64,000 nucleotides of DNA, taken from assembly GCA_003538775.1 (NCBI GenBank), contig DPRG01000105.1:12476-76475 (forward strand), written 5' to 3'. The stretch is from Thermotogota bacterium (GTDB lineage Bacteria > Thermotogota > Thermotogae > UBA12178). Position numbers and translations under genes: made by a program. The notes beneath the pieces are model-generated. The model saw only the letters and a list, made by a program, of their open reading frames with translations, ran no database searches and was not told the origin of the DNA. Each line of letters begins with the position of its first letter. Positions within the stretch are counted from its first letter, which is position 1. Positions 51,776 to 61,990 of the stretch are shown here, piece by piece.

Positions 51776-52772
51776 ATCTTCTCCTGTGATAGTGGGGATA
51801 GAAACTTCCTGTGATGAAACGGCTGTTGGCGTGCTGGAAGGACCCAAAAGGGTCCTTTCTAATGTTGTTGTTTCTCAGATTCTGGAGCATGCCAGATACG
51901 GCGGAGTGGTACCGGAAATAGCCTCTCGCCAGCATGCGAAACTCATAGATGAGGTTTTCCAGAAAGCGATTGCTGATGCTGGTATTGGTTTAGAGGATAT
52001 TTCGGCTGTGGCAGTTACGGAAGGGCCTGGGCTTGTAGGGGCATTGCTTGTCGGTATATCCTTTGCGAAGGCGCTGGCATACGCTATAAACAAACCTATC
52101 ATAGCTGTAAACCATCTCATGGCGCATATTTACGTTAACTTTCTTTTCTTCGAAGAGCTTTCTCCTCCCTTTCTGGTTCTTCTGGTTTCCGGTGGTCACA
52201 CTGAACTTCTGGAGTTTCGTAGTTATGGTGATATAGTTCTTCTGGGTAGGACGCGTGACGATGCAGCTGGAGAGGCTTTCGATAAGGTGGCGAGATTGCT
52301 CAATCTTGGCTATCCTGGCGGTCCAGCGATCGAAAAAGCGGCGGAGAGCGGTGAAGCCGTGTATCGTTTTCCCAGAGCTCTGCTAGATGAGGATACTTTT
52401 GACTTTAGTTTCAGCGGTTTGAAGACATCGGTCCTGTATTTTTTGAAGGAACATCCCGAGGCGAAGATAGAAGACGTTGCAGCCTCGTTTCAGGAAGCCG
52501 TTGTTGATACGCTTATATCGAAGCTGGAACATGCAATCAGAAAACGAGGTTCGAAGAAAGTAGTCCTTGCTGGTGGTGTCGCGGCAAATAAACTCTTGAG
52601 AAAAAGAGTAGAGCAACTTTCGAATAAGTATGGTTTCCAGTCCTTCTTCCCACCTGTATCCCTGTGTACTGACAACGGCATAATGGTCGCAAGGGCGGGT
52701 TTTGAAAAATATCTGAGAAAAGAGTTTTCCGATCTTAGCTTGAGCGCTTCTCCCTCTCTCTTGCTTTTTTGA
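51762..52772 (+). CDS. tsaD: tRNA N6-adenosine threonylcarbamoyltransferase
   Basis: [13 protein letters not shown], Kae1/TsaD family; start ATG 51762 (overlaps clpX) or GTG 51786. Confidence 0.9.
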   Translation: MNQHESSPVIVGIETSCDETAVGVLEGPKRVLSNVVVSQILEHARYGGVVPEIASRQHAKLIDEVFQKAIADAGIGLEDISAVAVTEGPGLVGALLVGISFAKALAYAINKPIIAVNHLMAHIYVNFLFFEELSPPFLVLLVSGGHTELLEFRSYGDIVLLGRTRDDAAGEAFDKVARLLNLGYPGGPAIEKAAESGEAVYRFPRALLDEDTFDFSFSGLKTSVLYFLKEHPEAKIEDVAASFQEAVVDTLISKLEHAIRKRGSKKVVLAGGVAANKLLRKRVEQLSNKYGFQSFFPPVSLCTDNGIMVARAGFEKYLRKEFSDLSLSASPSLLLF

Positions 52773-54135
52773 TACCACTTTGAACTGCCTGACCGGCGTA
52801 GCGGGGCACTGCGATCATCTTTCGACCAACTGCTGCGAGCACTGCTTGTACGACTATCCGTGGTTTTTCGTATTTTCTCACTTTAACCTTTCTAAGCACA
52901 AACAGAGAGGCAATACGCAAAGTTCCTGAAGTTAGAAACATCAGTTTGATACCTTCGAAGTCGAAGCCTATGAACGAGAAATGCTTGTCTACGAAGATCT
53001 CTCCTAAATATCCTCCTGCTAAAGATCCCGCTATTGACCCGAAAGCCACGCTGGAAAAAAAGAGGGAGAAGTAAGCAGAGGAATGAAATCCTGCGACTTC
53101 AAATGCCAGTGAGAATACTGCAAGGTTAACTGCAGCCCAGCCAATGCCGGCGGTGATGGCGTCTATAGGAAGGAGGGATCTCATAGTTGATTCGGCCATG
53201 AAAAGCCATAAAAATGGTAGCCATGATACGGTGAAAATCCCTATCTGTGCAACGACTTTACTGCCGTATTTGTCCACCGTGGTTCCCCAAATGTAGTAAG
53301 CGGGTAAGGCAACGGCACCAGAAAGAATGGAATAGAAGCCTATAATTGAGTAGCTTAGCTTCAGAAAGCGTATCTGGTAGAGAGTGAAATACGGTGCTGA
53401 TACGTAGATCGCGAAGTTCCAGAGGAAGGCGTAAAACATGAATTTTCGAAAGTTTGCATCTTTCAAACAGGCTTTGAGCCCCGCAAGTGCACCGAACACG
53501 CGCGATGGTGGTTCGTACTGTATTGTCAGCAACCCAAGAGAAAGAAATCCAAAGATCAGACCTATCGATATAACAAGTAGATAATTGTAAGGTTCAACGA
53601 CAGCGTCTAAGATATTCGAATAAAGAAGAGTGGCAAAGATGGTTACAAGGGAACTCCCAAGATTTCTGATTCCGAAGAACCTTCCTCTGAGATTTTCAGG
53701 TACAAGGCCTCTTATCCAGGAATTCCAGGCGTTGCCGGCAAATGTCAACGCGACTTGAGAGATCATGAACATGTATAAAAAGAGCTTTGCATCCCTAAGA
53801 CCTATGGAAACCGCGACTGCCAGAACAATCCATGGAAGGCGTGATATCAGGGACGAAACAACCACAATTTTCTTGCGACTTTTTATCCTGTCCAAGATAA
53901 ACGGGGTGAAGAGCTGGAAAAACTGGAAGGCTACTGGTAGTGCAAAAGCCAGACTGAGAATTAACTCTGAGGCGTTGAAATAAAGACCAAGGGACGTGAG
54001 TAAGAATCCCTGAGAAAGCAGGAAAAACCCGGTGTAGAAAGCGCCTTCAAATATAGAAACGTTTATAGCTTTTCTGATTTGTGGATCTAAGGGAGTTTCT
54101 TCCAGTTCGCCGTTATTCGTTTCAAAGTCAGCCAT
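52735..54135 (-). CDS. MFS transporter
   Basis: 12-14 TM segments, 466 aa. Confidence 0.7.
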   Translation of the reverse strand: MADFETNNGELEETPLDPQIRKAINVSIFEGAFYTGFFLLSQGFLLTSLGLYFNASELILSLAFALPVAFQFFQLFTPFILDRIKSRKKIVVVSSLISRLPWIVLAVAVSIGLRDAKLFLYMFMISQVALTFAGNAWNSWIRGLVPENLRGRFFGIRNLGSSLVTIFATLLYSNILDAVVEPYNYLLVISIGLIFGFLSLGLLTIQYEPPSRVFGALAGLKACLKDANFRKFMFYAFLWNFAIYVSAPYFTLYQIRFLKLSYSIIGFYSILSGAVALPAYYIWGTTVDKYGSKVVAQIGIFTVSWLPFLWLFMAESTMRSLLPIDAITAGIGWAAVNLAVFSLAFEVAGFHSSAYFSLFFSSVAFGSIAGSLAGGYLGEIFVDKHFSFIGFDFEGIKLMFLTSGTLRIASLFVLRKVKVRKYEKPRIVVQAVLAAVGRKMIAVPRYAGQAVQSGIKKAREREKRSS

Positions 54136-54691
54136 TGTAGTCCATATCTTTCACAATGTCAGGATCTTCAATTGGGACCCTGTGCAAAAGCTCCGGCCTA
54201 TTCTTTATGAGTTGTTTGATACCTTCATCCCCTCTTAAAGAGAGTATGTATGGAAAAGCCGGCGATTTTACAACAGTGGGAAAGCCTTTCGTGTCGTGGA
54301 AATAAGCTGAAACAATTGGCTTTTCCGAGTTTTGAGCTTCTTCTATCACTTTTTTTATCACTTCAGTTTTCACCAGGGGCATATCGCCAAGGAGAAACAT
54401 CACTGTATCGCAGTTCTCAGCGGCTCCCGCAGAAACGGCTGCTCTCACCGAGGAGGCTATTCCTTCCTCGTAGTTTAAGTTATAAACCACCTCAAGATCG
54501 AAAAGTGTGAATCTATCTCTGATTTCTTTCCATAAAGGATTGACAATGATGATCTTTCTTCGTGCGTCCAGAGGTGCGACGTTATCGATTATCCATTGGA
54601 GCATCGGTTTGCCGTTGAAGTCGGCGACGAGTTTATGGGAACCAAAACGTTCCGATTTGCCCGCGGCGAGAATGGCAACGCAGAGATTCAA
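54128..54691 (-). CDS. MobA/MocA-like nucleotidyltransferase (molybdenum cofactor cytidylyl/guanylyltransferase family)
   Basis: LAAGKSERFG NTP_transf_3 motif; TTG start after AAGGAGGG. Confidence 0.6.
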   Translation of the reverse strand: MNLCVAILAAGKSERFGSHKLVADFNGKPMLQWIIDNVAPLDARRKIIIVNPLWKEIRDRFTLFDLEVVYNLNYEEGIASSVRAAVSAGAAENCDTVMFLLGDMPLVKTEVIKKVIEEAQNSEKPIVSAYFHDTKGFPTVVKSPAFPYILSLRGDEGIKQLIKNRPELLHRVPIEDPDIVKDMDYNG

Positions 54692-54693
54692 CT

Positions 54694-55155
54694 TTATCCC
54701 TCCTTGGTGATAAGGTTTTCCACCGCTTCAAGTATTTTAACGTAGCCTGTGCAACGGCAAAGGTTTCCCTCTAATGCTTTGTATATTTCTTCTCTGGAAG
54801 GTCGGGGGTTTTTCATTAAAAGGGCTTTTGTTGACATCACAAAACCGGGTGTGCAGAATCCACACTGGACAGCTCCGGCATCGACGAAGGCTTTCTGTAT
54901 TGGGTCGGGTTCGTCGTCTTTTGAGAGTCCTTCTATGGTGATGACGTCACGGCCGTCAAGCTCTGGCGCGAGCATCAGGCAGGAATTCACAGCTCTGCCG
55001 TCAACGATGATAGTGCACGCACCACACTCTCCCTCTCCGCAGCCTTCTTTCGTACCTGTGAGTCCCAGCTCTTCTCGAAGAAGGTCCAGAACCCTTTGAT
55101 CTTCTCTAACATCCATTTCTAAACGCTCACCATTCAGTGTGAATCTTATCTTCAT
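54694..55155 (-). CDS. (2Fe-2S)-binding small subunit of a xanthine dehydrogenase/aldehyde oxidoreductase-family molybdoenzyme
   Basis: CGEGECGACT and ...C.C.GY..I cysteine motifs; start at internal ATG 55155 after GGAGG. Confidence 0.8.
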   Translation of the reverse strand: MKIRFTLNGERLEMDVREDQRVLDLLREELGLTGTKEGCGEGECGACTIIVDGRAVNSCLMLAPELDGRDVITIEGLSKDDEPDPIQKAFVDAGAVQCGFCTPGFVMSTKALLMKNPRPSREEIYKALEGNLCRCTGYVKILEAVENLITKEG

Positions 55156-55171
55156 TTTCCTGGGCCTCCTT

Positions 55172-55933
55172 TTATACGAGCAGGCGTTTAACAACCTCCT
55201 CAACGGGAATGTCCTGCACGTTTATATTTTCACCCAGCTCCACCTTCAGTGCATGTATGGTGGGTTCATCCGCTACGAGTGCGTTGATTCCAAGATGTGT
55301 TCTATTTATGGAGAAAAGGCGGAACCTTTCAAGCCCTTTCACATCGGTGGGTAGTGAAATTTGACGAAAGTTCGAGAGCAGGTCTATTGGACCATTGAAA
55401 AGCACCTTTCTACCCTTGAAAATCACCAGTCGATCACATAATTTCAACAAGGAAAAGGGGTTCGTTGAAGATACAAAAAAACCAGAAGCGCTTTCTTTTT
55501 TCTCCTTAATAAGGGGCAAAAAACGTTCTTTGAAAGCCGATCCCATGGTATCGATTATGGAGTCTAAAATCAAGAGATCAATCTTCATGGCCATACCTAA
55601 AACTCCGTATAAGAACGCAATCATTTCGTCTGAAAGTTCTTCAAGGGGAGTTTTCATAGAAACACCGAGATGAGAAATTTCGTGGAAGAAGAGGGCTTCG
55701 TCGAGTTTACCCATTCGCCTGAAGAACTTGAAGATCTTTTCCAGATTCCATTTTGGATTAAGATCTTCGGGATTTTTAAGATATAGCTTTCTCACACCTT
55801 TCCCCGATTTAACTTTCAGACCTTCGATCGATCCAAGTTCAGCAGCGCATTTCAATATACCCGACGCCAGATCGCCGCGATCTGCAAGAACAAGCATTTC
55901 ACCTTTGGAGATTTCAAGATTCAATTCTCCCAA
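55172..55933 (-). CDS. degenerate ABC-ATPase-like protein (all nucleotide-binding motifs lost)
   Basis: Collinear with ABC NBD, but Walker A is ADRGDLASG, signature is LSDEMIAFLYG, Walker B is LLILDSIID and the H-loop is absent; possible N-terminal extension to CTG 55984. Confidence 0.5.
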   Translation of the reverse strand: MGELNLEISKGEMLVLADRGDLASGILKCAAELGSIEGLKVKSGKGVRKLYLKNPEDLNPKWNLEKIFKFFRRMGKLDEALFFHEISHLGVSMKTPLEELSDEMIAFLYGVLGMAMKIDLLILDSIIDTMGSAFKERFLPLIKEKKESASGFFVSSTNPFSLLKLCDRLVIFKGRKVLFNGPIDLLSNFRQISLPTDVKGLERFRLFSINRTHLGINALVADEPTIHALKVELGENINVQDIPVEEVVKRLLV

Positions 55934-55980
55934 ACCTTCGACAGGGAGGTTTTCGATTTTTAAAAGAACGTTCGACTTGC

Positions 55981-56880
55981 TCAGTCGAGGTCACTCCTCA
56001 ATCCAAAGGTTGAGAGGATGATACTGTCGCGGTTTCTCCACTTCTCTTTTGTTTTCACTCTCAATTCGAGAAATACTCTTCGCCCAAGAAGAAATTCAAT
56101 ATCTTTTCTCGAAAGTGTACCGATCTCTTTAATCATTCGACCTCCTTTGCCAATTATAATGCCCTTTTGTGAATCTCGTTCCACGTATATAGTGGCGAGA
56201 ATGTAAACCACACCGTTCTCTCTTTCTTCTAAAGCATCCACGCTAACACCGGTTGAATGCGGAACCTCCTGAGACGTTAAATTGAAGATCTTTTCACGGA
56301 TGAGCTCTGCTATCATGAATTCCAGCGGCCTGTCTGTGACCATATCCTCCGGATAATACTGGGGTCCTTCAGGAAGCCTATCCAGGATTTTCTGCAAAAG
56401 AACGTCCAGGTTTTCACCGGTGATGGAAGAACAACAAACTGCATCCACTATTTGAGTGGTATACGTTTTTGCCATGTTCTCTATTCTTTGACAGACTTCT
56501 CTATCTTTGACGAGGTCGATCTTGTTTATTACGAGTATGGTATCGACTTTCGCTTCTTCTATGTACCTGGCAACATAGGCTTCCGGTTTGCCAAAGCCTT
56601 CAGAAGCGTCCACAACGAACAGGATTAAATCGACCCCCTGCATTGCCCTCACTGCTATTTTAACCATGTATTCGCCAAGTTTATGTAGTGGTTTGTGAAT
56701 ACCGGGTGTGTCAGTGAATACTATCTGAAAATCTTTCCCCGTTAATATGCAGTTGATCCTGTTGCGTGTGGTTTGGGGTTTGTCAGAAACGATAACCACC
56801 TTTCGCTTCATGAGTGCGTTTATAAGTGTGGATTTTCCAACATTGGGTTTTCCCGCGACCGCAACAAACCCGCTCTTCAA
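55981..56880 (-). CDS. era: GTPase Era
   Basis: G1 [11 protein letters not shown]3 DTPG, G4 NKID, C-terminal KH domain; TTG start 56880 after AGAGGTGA (track 56931). Confidence 0.9.
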   Translation of the reverse strand: MKSGFVAVAGKPNVGKSTLINALMKRKVVIVSDKPQTTRNRINCILTGKDFQIVFTDTPGIHKPLHKLGEYMVKIAVRAMQGVDLILFVVDASEGFGKPEAYVARYIEEAKVDTILVINKIDLVKDREVCQRIENMAKTYTTQIVDAVCCSSITGENLDVLLQKILDRLPEGPQYYPEDMVTDRPLEFMIAELIREKIFNLTSQEVPHSTGVSVDALEERENGVVYILATIYVERDSQKGIIIGKGGRMIKEIGTLSRKDIEFLLGRRVFLELRVKTKEKWRNRDSIILSTFGLRSDLD

Positions 56881-56962
56881 ATTATCACCTCTGTCCGTAC
56901 TGTATATTTGTATAAAAGTGATATACTTCAAACGAGATTATAACATCGAAAGGGGTCTTTCA

Positions 56963-57676
56963 ATGGGTAAAAGAACGCTGAGATTGTCGTTAACATTGAT
57001 GATAGAAGCACTGATTTTCTTCCTGCTTTTGAATTTTCACGCTCGCTTGGTTGGATTTTTAGACCTCATACCGCGGAACGTTCTGGAATTTCTTCTTGGC
57101 CTGAAGCAACAATGGCTGGGTTCGCTGAAGTATGATCTTCAAGTTTTTATGTGGTTCACATGGTTTTCCGTACTTCTACCCTTGATTGTTTTGATAACCG
57201 CTTCTATAACTTCGCAGCGTTATTTAAGGGAACCTCAAAGTACTTTAGATAAGGCATATCTTTCGAAACGTACCAGATTTGGCTTTTACACTCTGGGATG
57301 GTACAAAATGATCGTGGATGTGGGGCTTGTGTCGTTGGCTGGAGGCTTTTTGAACTTTTTTGTATCAACGCCCATGGAAATTCGTTATCCTGCTTTGATT
57401 TCCATCGTTATTGGAAGTTGGTTCATTGCAGCCATTTCGGCTTTGATTGTGGTTATCATGGGAACTCGAGCGGTGGGAGTGGTCCTCGCTGTGCTTGCGG
57501 GTATGGGAATGGTATTTGTTTTGCCTGATTTCCTCCCTATTGGTCTGCTTCGCTATGGTTGTCTTCAATCTGCCTTGAATATACCCGAATATCTCCTCAC
57601 CTATGCCATGGTGGAAGGAATTCATTTAATTGTGATATTGCTTAAACAAAGATTACCGAGAATAGTCATCGATTGA
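56963..57676 (+). CDS. hypothetical integral membrane protein
   Basis: 6-7 hydrophobic segments; start ATG 56963 (track ORF extends antisense through era). Confidence 0.45.
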   Translation: MGKRTLRLSLTLMIEALIFFLLLNFHARLVGFLDLIPRNVLEFLLGLKQQWLGSLKYDLQVFMWFTWFSVLLPLIVLITASITSQRYLREPQSTLDKAYLSKRTRFGFYTLGWYKMIVDVGLVSLAGGFLNFFVSTPMEIRYPALISIVIGSWFIAAISALIVVIMGTRAVGVVLAVLAGMGMVFVLPDFLPIGLLRYGCLQSALNIPEYLLTYAMVEGIHLIVILLKQRLPRIVID

Positions 57677-58208
57677 CAGCATTGCGAAATACCTGGCCGG
57701 AGGCGTCTATCCAGACAAATAGAGGAAGATCGCGGACTTCGATAAGTCTGATCGCTTCGGGGCCCAGTTCTTCGAAAGCCAGAATATCGCTTTTCACTAC
57801 ACACGAGGCAAGCAGAGCGGCTACTCCAGAGGGTGTGACAAAATAAACCCTTCTGTATCTTTTGTTAAGCTCTTTTACGTATTCTGAACGATCACCTTTT
57901 CCTATGGTAGCGAGGACGCCCTGAAGGTAAAGAAATTCCAGATATTTGTCCATTCTCTTACTTGTAGTAGGGCCTATAGCTCCAGCAGGCATTGTGGGAA
58001 TGGGTTTTGCGGGTCCCGCGTAAAAAACGACGGTGTTGCTCAGGTCGATCGGGAGATTCTCACCTTTTTCTTTCATGTCAAAAAGTTTTTTCTGTGCCTG
58101 ATCACGCATGACCAGCACGTGTCCGCATAAAAGAACATGCTCACCCGCGTGTAAGTTTTTAAAAGATTCCAGACTGTAAGGTGGCAAAATGCGAGTGACC
58201 TCCCTCAT
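57666..58208 (-). CDS. fumB: class-I fumarate hydratase (Fe-S hydro-lyase) beta subunit
   Basis: TtdB/FumA_C family, 180 aa, overlaps alpha subunit by 4 nt. Confidence 0.8.
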   Translation of the reverse strand: MREVTRILPPYSLESFKNLHAGEHVLLCGHVLVMRDQAQKKLFDMKEKGENLPIDLSNTVVFYAGPAKPIPTMPAGAIGPTTSKRMDKYLEFLYLQGVLATIGKGDRSEYVKELNKRYRRVYFVTPSGVAALLASCVVKSDILAFEELGPEAIRLIEVRDLPLFVWIDASGQVFRNAVNR

Positions 58209-59047
58209 AGTGAAATCCTCCCCACTCGACAGAGAAAGCAGTCTACGGCAAGTGCAATGGGTAATACGGCTATGTGTCTTGGAAGTGTCAAGATATGCAC
58301 ATCCAGAACACTTGGACCCTCCCCAAATCCCTGGACACCTATCTTCAGTTCGTTAAGACGCGAAACTAATGTTCTTTCCAATCTCGCTATAGCCGGATCA
58401 TCGTTTCTTTTACCCAATTTTATCGTCAGCGCCTTTTTCGCTAATAACACCGCTGTATCGGCACTACCACCGATTCCTACACCTACGTGTAAGGGCGGAC
58501 AGGATTGACCCCCTCTGGCCTGTATGTGTTTGGTCACCAGCTCTATGATCTCTTCAACAGAAGTAGTTGGAAGGAGCATCCAGAGGGCGCTCAGGTTTTC
58601 AGATCCTCCACCTTTAACATGCGCGGTGATCACGAGATCTTGACCATCCCGTTGTTCGATATGTACAAAAGCAGGGGTATTATCTTTGGTGTTTGCTGAC
58701 TCGCCGATTGGAGGATTAACCATAGAGGTCCTGAAGGGTAGGGTAGAATAGGTTTTTGAAACAGCTCTATTGAGTGTTTTATCAATGGGTTCCTCCAGAA
58801 CAACACTAGTACCCAGTTCGACAAAGAATTCAACAAAACCTGTGTCCTGACACAGTGGTAACCCTTTCTTTTCAGCTATTTCGGCGTTTTCTTTAAACAG
58901 TTCGCACAGGTATCTGTTGTATTCGCCCGTTATGTTGCCGCAGCTTATTTTGAAAACGTCATTGTTGAAATGGGTATTCAGTTTTTTTAAAAGTTCAAAC
59001 GTTCTTTTCTCGATTTCCGTGGAACTAATCAGTTTCATCTTCGTCAC
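58205..59047 (-). CDS. fumA: class-I fumarate hydratase alpha subunit
   Basis: Fumerase N-terminal catalytic domain with conserved Cys (PLCQDTG, GVGIGGSAD). Confidence 0.8.
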   Translation of the reverse strand: MTKMKLISSTEIEKRTFELLKKLNTHFNNDVFKISCGNITGEYNRYLCELFKENAEIAEKKGLPLCQDTGFVEFFVELGTSVVLEEPIDKTLNRAVSKTYSTLPFRTSMVNPPIGESANTKDNTPAFVHIEQRDGQDLVITAHVKGGGSENLSALWMLLPTTSVEEIIELVTKHIQARGGQSCPPLHVGVGIGGSADTAVLLAKKALTIKLGKRNDDPAIARLERTLVSRLNELKIGVQGFGEGPSVLDVHILTLPRHIAVLPIALAVDCFLCRVGRISL

Positions 59048-59528
59048 TCCTGTAACGAGAACATATTTTATTCGAACATTCAGGTTTTATGGATTTCAAA
59101 ATATCTTCTCCAATTGGGTTTGGAATGCCTGCAAGGTAGCTTGCGACGTGCAGATGCAAACATTTAACGTTGAGAGGGTTCCTTACGCCTCCTATACCAA
59201 GTTCTTCGATCCAGGCGGTTTCACCTTGTAGTGTTTTGGATAGCTCTTTTTTCCTTTTTCTATCTGCTTCCACAGCCTCAAGAAAAAGCCGGCGAAAAAC
59301 GGGGGATACTTTCAGTATTTCCTGGTAGCGCTTTATATGTCCCTCGGCTTCCAGACGTGAAATCTCCTTGCGTAAATGCGGACATGTCAGCCAGTGAAGT
59401 GTGGGAAAAGGTTTGCCATCGACCAATGGAGATGTTTCTATGACCACGGGGTATCCAAAGCTGCAACGTTTTACTATTGTGAACGTTCCTCGTGGAGTTC
59501 TTCCCAATTGCCATGCGATGATGTTCAT
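59025..59528 (-). CDS. conserved hypothetical protein (Cys/His-rich, TLHWLTCP motif)
   Basis: No assignable function; start probably ATG 59528 forming ATGA with prmA stop (track GTG 59549). Confidence 0.45.
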   Translation of the reverse strand: MNIIAWQLGRTPRGTFTIVKRCSFGYPVVIETSPLVDGKPFPTLHWLTCPHLRKEISRLEAEGHIKRYQEILKVSPVFRRLFLEAVEADRKRKKELSKTLQGETAWIEELGIGGVRNPLNVKCLHLHVASYLAGIPNPIGEDILKSIKPECSNKICSRYRSDEDETD

Positions 59529-60352
59529 TTCTTCAGAAGCAGAGCGCACCAGTCTTCTTCCTCCAGTTCCTTTATTACATGTAATCTTTTTTCGGAAGCC
59601 TTAGCACTTATCTGATCAAGTTTTTCTTTCACTATGCCTGAAAGTACCACTCTTCCGTTTTCTTTTAAATGAGAATCTATTTGATCTAAAAGCTTCAAAA
59701 GCACTTCAGCGTATATGTTGGCAATTATAAGATCGAATGTTTCACTCACATTGTCAAGTAAATTGTTTTCAATAACCTCAATGTCTGCGTCGTTCTCTTT
59801 GGCTGTTTCCTTTGCCTTCAAAACAGCAACCGGGTCGTTGTCTATTGCAACAACTTTGGAAGCACCCAGCTTTTTTGCCAGCACAGCCAGTATTCCTGAG
59901 CCGCATCCGACATCCGCTACTGAGTCACCTGAATGCAGTGTTTCTTTCATCAACATTGCGGTCATCCTTGTTGTAGGATGAAGACCTGTTCCAAAAGCGG
60001 CACCTGGGGTTAATTTTATCAGTATACGATCGTTTGCTGCTTTGTAGTCGGTATATTGTTGAACGTTTGGGATTACAACAACGCCCGGTATCATCTCAAA
60101 CGGTTTAAAAGTATCCAGAAATTTCTTGAGCCAGTCATCTGGTTTTACCACTTTTCTGCTGACTTCTCTTAGTTCTCTCAGTGGCGGAGGTATATCTTCG
60201 TTCTCATGGAGGTAGACTCTGAGAAAAGTTTTCCCTGATACCCATTCTACAAAGAATCTGTTGAATCCTTCAATACCCAGGGATTCTTCGATTTGGCTTA
60301 CCTCAACATTTTCCAGATCGAAAGTGATCTCAACAAATTTCAACATTTTCAC
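59525..60352 (-). CDS. prmA: ribosomal protein L11 methyltransferase
   Basis: GTGLHPTTRM and DVGCGSGILA SAM-binding motifs. Confidence 0.85.
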   Translation of the reverse strand: MKMLKFVEITFDLENVEVSQIEESLGIEGFNRFFVEWVSGKTFLRVYLHENEDIPPPLRELREVSRKVVKPDDWLKKFLDTFKPFEMIPGVVVIPNVQQYTDYKAANDRILIKLTPGAAFGTGLHPTTRMTAMLMKETLHSGDSVADVGCGSGILAVLAKKLGASKVVAIDNDPVAVLKAKETAKENDADIEVIENNLLDNVSETFDLIIANIYAEVLLKLLDQIDSHLKENGRVVLSGIVKEKLDQISAKASEKRLHVIKELEEEDWCALLLKK

Positions 60353-60364
60353 CTCTTTGAAATT

Positions 60365-61636
60365 TCACTTCAATTCTTTACTTAAGGCCATCATGTTCTT
60401 TTGAAGGACACTCACATCTTTGGCGAAATAGAAAGCCAGGATAAAGAGCAGAATCGCACATATGATCCAGAAATAAGCTGAAACCTTAAGGGCAGCTCCA
60501 AGGGAACCTAAGCTCAACGAAAGCGCGCCCCCTACGAACTTTCCAAATCCACTGCCAAGTGAGTCGGTTAAGTTGAAAATCGAAAAGATTCTTCCTCTGT
60601 CCTGAGGTTCGTTCACGTTCAGCAGCATAAATTTCACGTTTGGACCGGTAAGACTTGCCATGAATGATGCAAGGAATCCCATTAAGCTGAGAGATGTTAG
60701 TGGTCCAATGAAGTCAAGCGTTAATACCGTGAACAGAACTCCTGCAGCAGTGGTCAAAGAACAAAAGATGGGGACGTAAACCCGTGACTTTTCATAGAGT
60801 CTTGCACCCATCCATCCACCAAAAACTATTCCAACAATGTTTCCTAAACCAAAAACAATAAATACAAGCGTCGCGCTTTCAACTGAAAGGTTTCTTTCTC
60901 TTCTAAAGAATTCGACAAGGAAGTAAGGAATCGCACCCCAAGGCACCGTACCCGCTATGCCCTGGAAGAAAAGGAGAAGGTTCGTTTTAACCTTTATGAG
61001 TTTTGCGTAATCTGAAAGTCTGGGGACCTTTGGATAAGTATAGCCTGATCTTATGAGTTCACCTATTCCTTTTTCAAAGGCTCCTCTTTTTGGCTCTTTC
61101 AGTATGAATATGGAAACGATGGCTAAAATCACGTTGGGCAGAGAGACCAAGATGAAGGGGATTCGCCAGCCAAAATTCGGCCCTGCAAAACCACCTATTA
61201 CCATTCCGAGTATTCCACCAACAGAAATGGCAGAAGAAAGAAGCGCTACCACTTTTCCTCTTGAAACCTCGTCAAACATGTCTCCTACCATGGAGTAAAC
61301 GATGGGAAAGGAGGCACCAATTCCGATTCCTGTGAGAGCCCTCCAGAAAAAGAGTTCACCATACGAACTTGAAAACGCGGTCATAAAGCACGGAATTTCT
61401 CCTATTAGGACTGAATAAATCAGAAGATTTTTCCGACTGTACTTGTCTGCAAGATATCCCCACAGGAGACTTATAAGGGCACCAATGATGGTGAAAGAAG
61501 AAGCCACCACTCCAATATGCGCATCCGTTATACCTAACTCTTCTTCGATAGCTCCTATGTTTGGTGACATGACCATTTGATCGGCGTTCAACAAAACCAA
61601 CAGCAAAAACAGGAATGCAATAGCGAGGTTTTTCAT
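60365..61636 (-). CDS. MFS transporter
   Basis: 12 TM, motif ...GYLADKYSRK. Confidence 0.8.
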   Translation of the reverse strand: MKNLAIAFLFLLLVLLNADQMVMSPNIGAIEEELGITDAHIGVVASSFTIIGALISLLWGYLADKYSRKNLLIYSVLIGEIPCFMTAFSSSYGELFFWRALTGIGIGASFPIVYSMVGDMFDEVSRGKVVALLSSAISVGGILGMVIGGFAGPNFGWRIPFILVSLPNVILAIVSIFILKEPKRGAFEKGIGELIRSGYTYPKVPRLSDYAKLIKVKTNLLLFFQGIAGTVPWGAIPYFLVEFFRRERNLSVESATLVFIVFGLGNIVGIVFGGWMGARLYEKSRVYVPIFCSLTTAAGVLFTVLTLDFIGPLTSLSLMGFLASFMASLTGPNVKFMLLNVNEPQDRGRIFSIFNLTDSLGSGFGKFVGGALSLSLGSLGAALKVSAYFWIICAILLFILAFYFAKDVSVLQKNMMALSKELK

Positions 61637-61990
61637 GATTTGTCCTCCTCACGTCTGTGCCTTTCACAATTCTAACAAAAATTTTGGACTTAAGCATAGG
61701 ATATGAGTGAGTTCGAAAAGTCGTCGAAATGTAGAATGCTTATTTCGAGAAATAAAGCAAGGCTCGAAATGATTTGATCAACGGTTGATTATTCGCTTTT
61801 TTCCGACTTCGAACCAATAAAGTGGTTCGCGTGAGGATTTAACGTCCTGTTTCAGCCTCGCTTTTCGTCGCATCCTGCGACTTCAGGGTCATTTTATTTG
61901 GATTCTCAGTCGGCGCTCGTGAATGCCGTTGATCAGATCGGTTCGAACTTCATCTACCTTTCGGTGATTTTTCAAACACACCATAGGGTA

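Noticed and set aside
55172-55933. This ORF as the FAD-binding (CoxM/XdhB) subunit next to the 2Fe-2S subunit
   Set aside because: No AGGTDL FAD motif; the sequence is collinear with ABC ATPases instead.
61800-61955. GGTTCGAA T-loop-like motifs suggesting a tRNA
   Set aside because: No acceptor or anticodon-stem arrangement could be built around either copy.
61880-61960. TPP-riboswitch-like CUGAGA and ACCCUGA elements on the minus strand
   Set aside because: Lacks the GGGGUGC P2 helix and the CUGAUCUGGAUAAUGCCAGCGUAGGGA core in the right order; resemblance is partial.
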